From: the human T2T-CHM13v2.0 reference genome, Homo sapiens
Assembly (NCBI RefSeq): GCF_009914755.1
Contig: NC_060931.1
Length of the DNA: 64,000 nucleotides
Strand: one strand, 5' to 3'
Position 1 is the stretch's first letter; every line of letters starts with the position of its first letter. A program made the position numbers and the translations under genes. Below the pieces are notes generated by a model. It did no database searches, was not told where the DNA came from, and saw only the letters and a program-made list of their open reading frames with translations. Of the stretch, positions 47,780 through 59,495 are shown one piece after another.

Positions 47780-48900
47780 CGTATTTCCCGTCATCACTGC
47801 TTTAGAGTACGGAGGTAAAATAATAGGCGGGCGTCAAAATCCTTCGATTTTAGAGCTTTTGCAGGGGATACCAAGACTGAGGTAGAACAGCCCTAAACCT
47901 GGAGGGCCGCCTATTGGGCAACCTAGAGCACACCTTTCCTCAGGCCAAACCCAGCGCGCCCGGGGTAGTCTCGAGTTCTCAGGTTACCCCTCAGTGACAG
48001 CCCTTTCTTGAGTTCCTTCTCCTTCGCGTCAGTCTCTCGTTCTCCCACCCCGCCCCTCTAGACCAGGTGAGGTTTCCTCCCTCACACTCCTAGGGGACAT
48101 CGCGTCAATCTGGCTTATATATTGTCTCCTCTGAGTTTGATCTTTCGCTCAACGCCTAGTCACCTGTGACTTAGGTTTCCGTCTCGCCGAAGAGTAGCTA
48201 CTGCCTAGTGCAAGCACCTTTGTAAGACCGGCGATCGCAGTGGTCGCTCTGAGCAGTAATATTTACCGGCTTAACTGAAGCACCCGCTCTTTTGCTTGCT
48301 GGGAGATGTAGTCCCTGGGTTGGCCACTTTAGTTCATCGTTGCTACCGCCGGCGTCCAGAAGACTACAGTTCCCAGCAGGCCCAGGGAAAGACAGGATAC
48401 CCTGGGTCGGCTCCTCCACGTGACCACCCACTATGGCTTCCTAGTGTCAGGGCCAGCTGTGTAGTGGCTCGGTGTGATTTGTTAGCTCTTTGAGGCAGGG
48501 TACCCTCCTCAGGATTTCGATATGCAAAAAATCAAATCTCTCATGACCCGACAGGTAAGTCGCGGCGGCTGAAGCAAAGGCTTCCTTCATCTCGGAAGTG
48601 AGAGGAGCCGAGATGTTCTGTCCCCAACCAGTGGCGGGCGGGGATCTAAGTTATGGGTGGTGGCAGGTGTCAGGGGGACTGGGAAGCCGGGGCATACCCT
48701 AGAAAACTCACCTGGGCCGCCTGGGTTGGAGCACTGCTCCAGCGGGTACCAGCCTCCCAGAAATATTCGTTTAAAAATAAGTCATTGAAGGAATCAGGGT
48801 ATCTTTGTCTCCCCTCCTCCTCTTTTTGCCGTCTTTCCAGAACAGCCCGAGCTTCCTTGCAAGGTCTTCCGCATCCAGGCTGTCTGTCATATGCGAGCTG
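47780..48900. promoter_or_regulatory. CpG-rich VPS50 promoter, probably bidirectional
   Basis: Marked local rise in GC and CpG around VPS50 exon 1; two opposed ACTACAnnTCCCAG motifs, CACGTGAC, GC boxes (48047-48054, ~48636-48643), CGGAAGTG (48593-48600). Confidence 0.85.
48522..48554 (+). CDS. VPS50: VPS50 (EARP complex subunit, syndetin/CCDC132) coding exon 1, MQKIKSLMTRQ
   Basis: ATG at 48522; perfect donor CAG|GTAAGT; peptide matches the VPS50 N-terminus as I recall it. Confidence 0.93.
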
Positions 48901-49749
48901 ATAGCCTGGGTAGGGTGGTGTGGTCTGTGCAGTAGAGGTGACCTGGAAAGACTGAAAACGGATGATTTGAAGACAGAATTAGTAGCTTTTGGATTTTGGG
49001 CAAGTCCCCAAACTTTGTAGCTTACGTTTCTGGATGTGAAAATAATTATTTTTGTTCATTTTACTTCACAGTTCTGTTATGAGGGTCATCGATAAGCTAA
49101 TATATGTGAAAACTCTTTGTGAAATTCTGCTTTAAAAAATTTATTTTTGTCATGGCAAAATACTGATCTTTTCTTTTTTTTCCCCAGAATGGAAATTCAT
49201 GAATAAGAGCTTTGGCTATTTTGTAACCTGTCTCATAAATGTTAGGGACCTCGTAATAATGCCTCAGCTTCATTTAAGAAGTGCAGAAATTTTCTTTTAT
49301 GTACTTATTGATTATGACTTTGTTTTAGCTGCCTTTATTTACTTCAGCTTTAATATTTCACTAGAATTGGTCATTTTATTATTTTAATATGAAAGATAGT
49401 TAAGATTAGAGTTTTAAATCAACATGGCTTTTAGAAGTTTGGAGAATGTGGAAGGTAATCGTTTAGTGAAAGGTATATTTGTGAGTTTTTTTCTTGTTGA
49501 TTACAAAAATAACTCAAATTCCACATTCTTATTTGAGAATTCACAATTTGAGAGATATATAAACAGGATACAAATTGTGTATTTCTCTTGCACAATGCAC
49601 AAATGACCCTTACATGATTATTTTAGTTATGTCAGAGCATTTTGTTAATGTTATGAAAATATAATCAAAATGTTCTGTGAATAATAAAAATATTTAAGTA
49701 AGTGGCTAGTAACATTTGTTAATTCCTCACATGTGTTGAGTACTGGTGT

Positions 49750-49990
49750 TGTGCGTCCTACTACTTCTTACTTGACGATGAGTTTGGGTCCTGCTGTATC
49801 CTGTGGCAGCTGTGTGACTTTCGGCAAGTTACATAACGTTTTTAAGCATCTATTTCCACATCTTTAAAATAGGAATAATGTGTGCCTTATGGAGTTAGCC
49901 TGATAGTGGTGTTTACATGATATAATGAAGTTAAAGAGTTTAAGGCGTTAACGGAGTTCCTGGGCATTATCAAGGAAGTGCTTGAACGCA
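49750..49990 (+). mobile_element. MIR
   Basis: agctgtgtgactttcggcaagttacataac...catctttaaaataggaataat. Confidence 0.6.
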
Positions 49991-50939
49991 GAGACCGTTA
50001 GTTACATTGGCTATGTTGATGGTGGGAAAGCAGGAAAATTGGAAGCAGGCTGTTGCAGTAATTCAAGCAATAGATAAGTTCATGCTGACTTCGGTACCTG
50101 TTTGATTTTTAAATCAATATATACTTTTGTACTTTATATCACTAATACCTCTAAACTGCCTTTGGAATGCTGAATTTGGACTTTTGTGCATCAGCTGTTT
50201 GATGCTGTCTCAAGTTTGTTGCCTGCCATACAGTTCAGTGTAGTTAACGTTGTCATAATTGTATGGTAGCTGTGGTTGGTTTAGTTTTTTTGACCTCATT
50301 TTGTAAAACTGAGGAGAGAAAAAAATTTCAGATAGCAGTGATAAGTGTATGTCTCCTAAATGTAATGCAATTGTGCTGAAAATGGTAACACTTAAGCCTT
50401 AGTCAGTTGCTTATTGAATTTCAGCAGGTCAAACCTGTGTTTAATTGAAATGGAAAAAAATACATTAAAGAACACATACAAAAAGCTGGAACCATACTGT
50501 GTACAAAGTGAGGTAAAATTAGGAGTTTTGCATACATATTTAAAGTTATCCTAATTATATATGTTATGGCTTGACTTTCACATATTTGATACTGATGCAC
50601 AGTTCCTGAATCTATGAGGTATGAAATTAGTGTGCCTGCTATTTACATTGAGGGTTTGAATTAGTACAGTTTATTATTGGGTTAAATTTAATAGGATTAC
50701 AAGTAAGTATACATGAAAGTATTTCTTTTTTTGAACCTATAGAATGTGCTAATAATATATATTGAGTTAATATGGAGAGATAGGAAATTAAGGTCTGTGA
50801 AATTTAAGCTTTGGGACATTTCAGCTGTCCTGGGATCTTTGTTTGCAAAATAATGGGAGGAAGGAAGGCTTTGTTAGCTCTCTTTATTTAGATGAGATCT
50901 GTTCTTCATCTTTCTCCATCATGCTCACCTCTGTTCTTT

Positions 50940-52440
50940 CAGTCCATTCAACAAATGTTTATTGAGCAATTTGTGCCAGGTACTATTCTAAGTAAAAAAA
51001 AAAAAATAGACAAGTGTTAAGGCAGACACGGTGATAAACACTGTAGAGGAAAAGAGGATAGAAAGTCCTGGGAATTGTTGGTGATTTGAGGTCACTTATA
51101 ATTTTAGATAGGATGGCCACGGAAGGCCTCACAGAGAAGGTAATATAAAAAAACCTGAAGGGGGTGAGGAAGTGAACTCTGTGAGGTAGATATTTGGGAA
51201 GGAGCATTTCCAGTGGAAGGAAAGGCAAATGCAGAGGTCCTGAGGCAGGAGCTTGTTTGAGAAATTGCAAGTGGCCTGTGTGGGTGAAGTGAGTGAGGAG
51301 AAGAGTAGTGGGAGATGAGGTTAGGATGAGGTTAGATGACTGAAGGCAGGAAGCTAGATCATGTAGTACCTTATAGGTAATAGCAAGGTCATGGCTTTCA
51401 TTCTGAGTGAAATGGCAAATAGAGGAATGATATAATTGGACATAACACTTCAGACAGACCATTTGGACCCATGTTTTAAGAACAGATTGAAGAGCGGAAA
51501 AGAGCAAAACCAGGGGAGGTGAATGATGAGGCTACTGTGGTAATCCAGGTGAGAGGGTGGGTGTAAGCCTTCCACCCTAGTGGTGGAAGTGTTGAAAGAG
51601 GTCAGACTGTGAATATGCTGTAAATGTAGAGGTGACAGAATTTCCTGACAGATTGGGTTTGGGCTGTGAGGGAAAGAGAAGCATCAAGGATGACTCAAAA
51701 TAGTTTGGCCCTAGCAATTGGAAGAATGTAATTGCCATTTCCTCGGATGGATAAAACTGAGGGAGGAACAGATTGAGGGAAGGGACATGGTTTTTGGACT
51801 TGTTAATTTGAAAGCCTCTTAAATATTCAACTGGAGAGATACAGCAGGCAGTTGGCCAGATGAATCTGAATTTATGGGGCGAATCCAGGGTATAGCTGAA
51901 ACTCTGGGAGTTACAAACATGTAGATTGCATATAAACTGGTTAAGATCACCAGTGGAATGAGTGTAGATATACAAAGAATCTAAGGTTGGAGCTTTTGAG
52001 AATCCAGTGTTAAAAACTCAGGGGGAAGTGGTGGATCTAGGAAAGCAGAATGAGAACATGCAGCTTGTGAGGTAAGAAGTCTTTAGCTTCCTGAATGGCA
52101 CCTGGAATATAGCAGATGCTCAATAAATATTTGTTGCATGAATGTGGGATGAAGAGAACAACCAAGAAGACTGCCTTGAAGCCAAGTAAAGAATTTAAAA
52201 GAGTAAGGAGTGATTAGCTGTGTTAAATGCTGCAGATTGGTCAAGTAAGGTGAGAGTGAGAATGAGAAATGTGCTTTTGGATTGAGCAGCGTGGAGGTCC
52301 TTGGTGCCCCAACTACAGCAGTTTTCATGAAGTTGTGGGGAGGAAAGCCTGATTAGAGTGGGTTCAGGAGAAAATAGGGGGAGAGAAATTAGGGACTGGG
52401 TGTAAACACTCTTGAGTTTTGCCGAAAGGAGAAGGAAACA
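50940..52440 (-). mobile_element. Long L2 fragment (~1.5 kb), with a short inverted L2 tail at ~52085-52145
   Basis: Starts cattcaacaaatgtttattgagc (L2 3' end, reverse complement) and continues through L2-type sequence; accounts for ORFs 50983..51507 and 51577..51975. Confidence 0.8.
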
Positions 52441-52908
52441 CAAATCATCACAGATGCTTCTTTGGATGGATAAGACATAGTTGCTGGTTTCGTAAATGGA
52501 AAATGAGGATTAATGTAGACATAACTGAAGTAGTCTGAAGTGTTAATCTGATTTGGGTAAATGAAGAGGCGAGTGTTAATTTATGCTGAATTTTCTATAT
52601 GTCTAAACTGGGGAATTATCAACACAAACATCAAATACAAAAGAAAATCAAATAGTGGTTAATGATAGCATCAAAGTGTTAATAAAGGCAGAGAACTGTA
52701 GTTAAAACCATGACTTCATGCTTTAGAGAGATGAAGATAAAATAAGAATGACTTCATTTGTTAGTAGAAGTTTATAAAACTGATAAAGTGTTAAAAATCT
52801 GTAATTCTAAAGTACAGTTGAATGTCAGATGTGCTTTGAGACATTTATGTAATTCTTCATTTCTGTTTTGATAAAAGGAAAGCATTTCTGTCATAATAAA
52901 AATATTAA

Positions 52909-53309
<401 letters not shown>

Positions 53310-53697
53310 TGTTTTACTTCTTATAATAGCCTATGAATGATCATAGAATATAATGCACAGAAAGGATAGATAAGTTGTTCAAAACCACAGCAAGAAAGTC
53401 AGGATACAAACTCAAGTGGTCTGCTCCAGAGCCCATTGCTATAATCACTTCACTCTACATCCTCCTAACATGTACACGGGTTTTCAATTTGTATTACTTT
53501 TATTTTGTACATTTGGCAGAAATTTGCCGTGTATTGGTATTGAATTGTTGTGTGGTGACTACTTTTTCTAGATATTGGTATATATCACGTTTACATTTCA
53601 GGCATTGGTTTCTTTACGGACTAGCTCTGGGGAAAGAGAAATTAAATATGATATATTTCTTCAGGGATTTCTGTTAGATTAGTTAAGCAAATCTATA

Positions 53698-54061
53698 CAG
53701 ATGGTCCCCGATTTACTATGGTTTCACTTAATGAATTTTTGAGTTTATGATGGTTTTATTGAGATTATTAAATGTATTTTCCACTTATAATGGGTTTAAA
53801 AATTTTTTTTATTTTTAGTTCAAGGGTACCTATGCAAGTTTGTTCTATAGGTAAACTCGTGTCACAGGGGTTTGTTGTACAGATTATTTTGTCACCCAAG
53901 TATTAAGCCTGGTACCCAATAGTTATTTTCCTGATCCTCTCTCTCCTCCTACCCTCTACCCTCAGGCAGTCTCAGTGTCTGTTTTCTTCTGTATGTTTCC
54001 ATATGTTCTCATATGATGGGTTTATTGGAACATAACCCAATTGTAAGTCGAGGAGCATGTG
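53698..54061. mobile_element. TcMar-Tigger MITE (Tigger5/MER47-like) interrupted by an L1P fragment
   Basis: ta|cagatggtccccgatttac ... gtaagtcgaggagcatgtg|ta inverted termini with TA duplication. Confidence 0.7.
53799..54011 (-). mobile_element. 5'-truncated L1PA/L1PB 3' end nested in the Tigger element
   Basis: ataggtaaactcgtgtcacagggg...ggtacccaatagttatt L1P 3' UTR; 13-bp TSD tat(a/g)atgggttta (53786-53798 and 54012-54024). Confidence 0.75.
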
Positions 54062-54639
54062 TACTTTGAAAAATGTTTGTTTAAAAGACATGGCAATTAC
54101 ATTTTAAAAATATATTTTAGGGGTGGTCATGATTTTGAATCAAATTGGGAAGTTTTACTTTCATGTGTGCATATATAATGTATATAGAAGTGTAGTTTGG
54201 TAACTCAGCCTTGCCTTCTTTACCAGTTTTGATGCTATTCCCTCATGACTGTTGGTGAGAATTCGAGACAGGGAAGAACAAACCGCCCAAGACTAGTAAC
54301 ATACTATTTTTCTCCCTCACTCATTGAAAGGCATATTAAACCTCCTTAGGCCTTTTTTTTTTTTCCAGCGAGCATTCCTAGAAATTTTTTTGCAGTCAAT
54401 TACATGTTCCCATGGGAACAATGCGCTAATTTGTGGGAGATTGGAGCCTGACCAATGACTTCTACCTAATAATTTACTCATTTCTTTGTTGTTTACTCTG
54501 TTTCTGGAACTTTGCTAGCCACTGGGCTGCAGAGGCAAATAGGACTTTGTCTCTCCCTTTCCTTAGGACTTAAAGTTTGGAAGAGAAAGATATATTTAAA
54601 ATTTAAAACTTTACTACTTTGGCTGAGGTATTGTCTTGG

Positions 54640-54805
54640 AAGATGTCTTACTGAGGTATTGTTTTGGGAAAATGCACATTCCTGGCCCAAATCTAGAAAA
54701 ACCTATTCATTAGGTTTATTTTAGGGCCTAGGAATCTTACTTTTAACAAGTTCCCTGGGTGGTGTTGATGGACATGATCCAAGGGTTATACTGAGAAATA
54801 CTGTG
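54640..54805. mobile_element. MER5-like hAT MITE
   Basis: aaatgcacattcctggccc...ggcctaggaatc...tttaacaagttccctgggtg...gagaaatactg. Confidence 0.6.
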
Positions 54806-55919
54806 TTCTTTGGAGCATAGGGATTTAGGAAGACTTTGTAGAGGAGATAATTCTGAAAGTGATGTATTGCTTTCTCATTTCTTGGAGTGGTAAGTGTGCC
54901 TGAGAGAGGGAGACGGGGAGAGAAGGGTGGGTAGGTTAGATATTCTGGGGGTAATGGAAAACTTGCGGTTGAGGCAGAGCACTTTGTAATAAAAAATTTT
55001 AGATATGACTAGTGGTATTTTACAACAGGGAAGAGAAAATACACATCTCTGTAGTTTAAAGATAAGCAAGTTCTGCTCTGAGTCTCAAATAGTCAACATA
55101 AGCATACCATATATTTTGGTTACTAAGGATCCCCAATATAGGGCACCTAAAGGACAATTTGTATCATAAATCTCTCCTCAAATTAATAATAGCTAATTTT
55201 GCCTAAAAACTAATATTGCAGGGACATTAAATGTCTGCTTCGAATAGCCTATTTTTAAAAAGAGGATTTTAAAGAAAATGTAAATTGCTGATTTCTTTCT
55301 ATTTTAATAATTTCCCCTGGTACAAATAAAGCTTTCAGAATCCCTCAGTTGATGTGAATATAGAAAGTACAGGGCACCAAAGAACTAAAGGACAGGTAAA
55401 AGACAGTGAGATATGAGACTTCAATCTTAATTTATGCAGCATGAATTGGATACATTGGTGGGAAATAATCAAGTAAAATGAAGGGATTACTTATATGTTA
55501 GCTTAGTTGGTTAGTATATTGTATCTGTGAATCATAATACTATTGCTTGGACTTTTTTCCTGATGGATTTAGTAATTATTATTGTATATACAAGTGGCTT
55601 TTATAGAATGCTTTTTGTTATGTAAGTTTCTTTACTTTTGGCTGTTTTCAAATCATAGATGGGTTGGACTTCTACCATTAGTTGTGAAGTTGCCGTATAA
55701 TACTCTTTTATTTTAAAATACCAAAAGTACACCCTTCTCTGATTTAATAATAGTACTATATGTATTAAATGATGATTGCTTTTAGAATATATCTTCCATA
55801 TTTTGAAGCAGGAAAATTTCTATTTTTAAAGTGGTCATTTCTGTTTCAGTAGGTGTATTCTATCCTTTTATAATTCTTCAGCATGATTAAAATTTTCCTC
55901 ATCTTATTATTTTTTTAAG

Positions 55920-55988
55920 GGTCTGAAAAGCCCTCAAGAAAGCCTCAGTGATCTTGGTGCCATAGAGAGTCTCCGGGTCCCTGGAAAG
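55920..55988 (+). CDS. VPS50: VPS50 exon 2, [23 protein letters not shown]
   Basis: ttattttttaag|GGTCTG...GGAAAG|GTATTG; 69 nt, phase 0 at both ends, continues the exon 1 frame; the gene runs beyond the window. Confidence 0.93.
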
Positions 55989-56270
55989 GTATTGAGCTAC
56001 ACGTGTGAGCGTGACTTTTTACTTCCTTAAGAAAATATGATTGCCTCTGGATAGTAATTGATTCACAGAAGCTTTTCTTTCCCACAGGCAGATGGTTGTT
56101 AAGATAAGCTAGGTAAATTTTTATTGTATAGTAGGTGTAGGGCTTGTTTCATTACACGTTGGGATGCAGTATGTATGATGCATTATAGCAAAGCAAAAAA
56201 TGCAAACTTGATAAATTTGGAATTTATTATATTAAATTCTTAGCCTGAAAGCAGTTATATATATGTGTAT

Positions 56271-56271
<1 letters not shown>

Positions 56272-56305
<34 letters not shown>

Positions 56306-56326
56306 CTCTCTCTCTCTCTCTCTCTC
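56272..56326 (+). repeat. Compound (CA)15(CT)12 microsatellite
   Basis: Direct observation, ~280 nt downstream of VPS50 exon 2. Confidence 0.95.
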
Positions 56327-59300
56327 ATTGATTTATCTGCTGTAATTTGTAGAAATAAAGTGAAATAGTTGACTACTGACTTTTTATACTCCTAACATTC
56401 TGTGCCAAAAATCATGATTATATTTTTGTTGTGGAGCAGAGGTTTTTGAAAAAGCATCTAAACCATAGTATTTATACTGAATTGTATAACTTATCTCCTA
56501 GATTGTAGGTATTTTAGATTTTAATCCTCTGATATTCACGTGAATTTCTCAGTTTACAAATTTTATATAGGTTATTTGAAAGCTAGCTAGATTCCCCTTG
56601 GAATTATTAAGTATTGTTAAATCCCTGCTGTTTTTCTGGAGTGTTGCTGCTTGGAGCTGCCCATGTGAATAGCTGCTCCATCACAGATTAAGCTGGCACT
56701 TCTGAATGTCTGTTTTTGTATTTTTTAATTTGAGAGTGATACGTGAAAATACTGTTTGTTTTCTGCATCAGGCATTTGAATACACAGGGTGTGCTTCTCT
56801 TGATCAGCAGTTTAAGGCCTCTCCTTACACCTCGGTGTCAGCTCCTTAGGAGGATGATTTCTCATCTCTTTCAGGTGCCTTACCTGCTAAAGTGAATTTT
56901 GTATTTACTGCATTGTTTTTATTTTGGGTTAGGCTGAAACATATTCTCCAAATGCAATAAAATTATAACCAACCCTTTTGCATGAAATGGTTCAGACAAA
57001 AACTTAAGAAAAGCATTCCGTATAGTTTTATGTAATGTTATTAAAAATTAATGACTATGAAAAGGTTGGGAAACAAGAGATAGCCATAAATCCTAATTAA
57101 TTGACAATAATTCTCTTTATTTCTTTGAGTTAAGAAAAAGATTATCATGCATTATGAACATACCTTGAATTAGATTGTATTACATATTGCAGAATCAATG
57201 TCAAATTGATGAGTGAGCCTCTTTAAAAAAATACATTACAGTCTTAACAAGAACTTTCTGTTGTGTTTCCACCATGAGCCATGATGTTTTCCCAGTACTG
57301 GTTGGTAGTGAATATGGTGATCTCATTACAAAGTCTTCTTATTAAATGTACACCCCTAGCTCCATCAGTGACCAGTGCTGTCTGTACTTTTAGGATAACT
57401 GGCCTTGGGTGGAGTGGCCAGTCTGGGATCACAAGGTCAGCAAATATAAATGGTTCAGGTGAAGAGTAAGCCTAAAGCACTGGTCTCTTTAGCACATACT
57501 AAGAAGCTAAGTTAGTTAAATAATAAAACAGTTAATAGTAAAAAATGTATTGATGCTATAAGCTTACATTTAACCTTACACTAAGAAATCCCTACAAGCT
57601 TCATCTGCCTGTTTGTTTTTTCTGTGTTCTCCTATAGCATAACAAATGATGGAGGGTGAGCAGAGCTTCTGCCTTCTTTCTGGGTGGTTCTGAGAACATG
57701 AGAGTTGCTGGGTCCAGAGAGTGGCAAAGCTCCAGTCAGTAAACTGAGTCTTTGGATGAGGTTTGAAGTCAGTACTGAGATCAGGAGTTAAGAAGACTCA
57801 TATTCAGAAATTCCCTACACAGCATAGCTTGATGTAGCTTTAATGTTCAGTATTTTTTCACAATTTAGATAAGACTTTATACTTAGATCATAACACATAT
57901 ATTTTAATGATTTATTTTTGTATAATTGCTTTGAAATTAATGTTGTTGCTAGTTCTTGATGACCTGAAATTTGATGTAATTGAAGAAGATCTTTAAGATC
58001 TTTTAAAATTAAGATTAAAAGCATTTTAACAAAATGGAAAATGTTAATTCAAATGATTATTTTGAAATAACTTTTGCTTTAAATATAAAATTAATGTATG
58101 CTCTAAACAGAAAACATGGTAAACGGAAAAAGGTATCTTAAAAAAAAAATCACAAAAATCACCAACACTGTCAAGGTTAACATTGCCTACTGGTCTTTTC
58201 CCTATGCATATTCCACAAATTTATTGAGTTTCTATGTGCTAGAGATACTTTCTAGGGATTGGCAGTATAGCAGTGAAAAGACAAAAGTTCTCTCCAAAAG
58301 TCAAAACTTCCCTGCTGTCAGACAGCGAGCTTACATTCAAGCAGGGGTAAGGCGATTACAGATTATAATACTGTGAAGGAAACAGGGCGATGAGATAAAC
58401 TCCTTGAAATTGGCAGTTATTTTACAGGAAGTAGTCAGTATAGCTTTTTATAATGGTATTATAAGTTATACAACCTTTTAAAAATGGTATCATACTCTAG
58501 AAATTATTTGGAAGCTTGGGTTTTTAACTTGGTGATATATATATATATATATAACATAGAAAATTCTCACAGTATATTCTAGGTTTAAAAAGCAAGGTAC
58601 CCATTAGTTTTGCTTAGGGGAGTACTCTTTGAACTTAACAATTTGTGCTATTTAAGTAGTCACTGTTAATTCTTATATGGAAAACTTATAAACATTAACT
58701 TCATTTAATAGCTCTGCCTCACTTATAACTGTAGGTACAACTTTTAAAAAACATATGCCTGGTCTTCAGGAATCGGCTCCTTTCTTTTCATAGTATCTTT
58801 CTAAGTTAGGACAGGGAATTGAGAGATTTCAGTGGCATTTTCAAGAAAGAAATAGGTTAGTTTGGGTTCTGTTACATGAAAAGGTTCCAGTATAAAGGAT
58901 AAGTAGGAGAAAAATGTTAGGATAAATGATGGCTGTTTAAGTTTAAAATGGTCAAATATTGGCAAATTGTATGTGCTTCAACTTGCTAGAAAAAGGAGGG
59001 TAGTGAAGGAGAACTGAAGGGCACTAGGTGTGCTTGATAAGCCAGATGGTATTATTTATTTATTTATTTTAGAACTATATAAATTCAAAGTGGGAAGAAA
59101 CTGTATAAACCATCTGGTACAATTTCTGCATTTTATAGACAATCTGATCCTGTGCCCGATTTTAAGAGCAGATGCAAGTCAAATGGTAATCTATATACTG
59201 GAAATTTGGAATTTGGGTGGATAAAATAGTATAGAAAAGTAGAAAACATTTAAGGTTCTTTTCAGAACTTGCTAGAGGAAAGGAAACTTTTAGACAGATT

Positions 59301-59337
59301 TCAGGAATTTTAGCTTAAATAGCTCAGAGCCAAGATC

Positions 59338-59495
59338 AGTGGTGCCCAAACTTTGCTGTACATTTAGAATCAACAGTCCCCAGGCCATGGCCAATTCCAA
59401 TTAAATCACCGTTTTTGGGTGGAGGCAAGTGTCAGTAATATTTAGAGATTCCCTGGTAATTCCAGTGTAGAGCCAGGTTTGGGAACCAATGGCCA
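59338..59495. mobile_element. MER5-like hAT MITE
   Basis: cagtggtgcccaaactttgctgtacatttagaatca ... ccaggtttgggaaccaatg inverted termini. Confidence 0.6.

Noticed and set aside
48198-49020. Several 65-82 aa ORFs around the CpG-rich promoter
   Set aside because: Expected from GC-rich, stop-poor sequence; no coding signature or recognisable homology
50983-52443. Longest unexplained ORFs (174 aa, 132 aa, ~82 aa) on the minus strand
   Set aside because: They lie wholly in a decayed L2 element, with no splice context or recognisable intact domain
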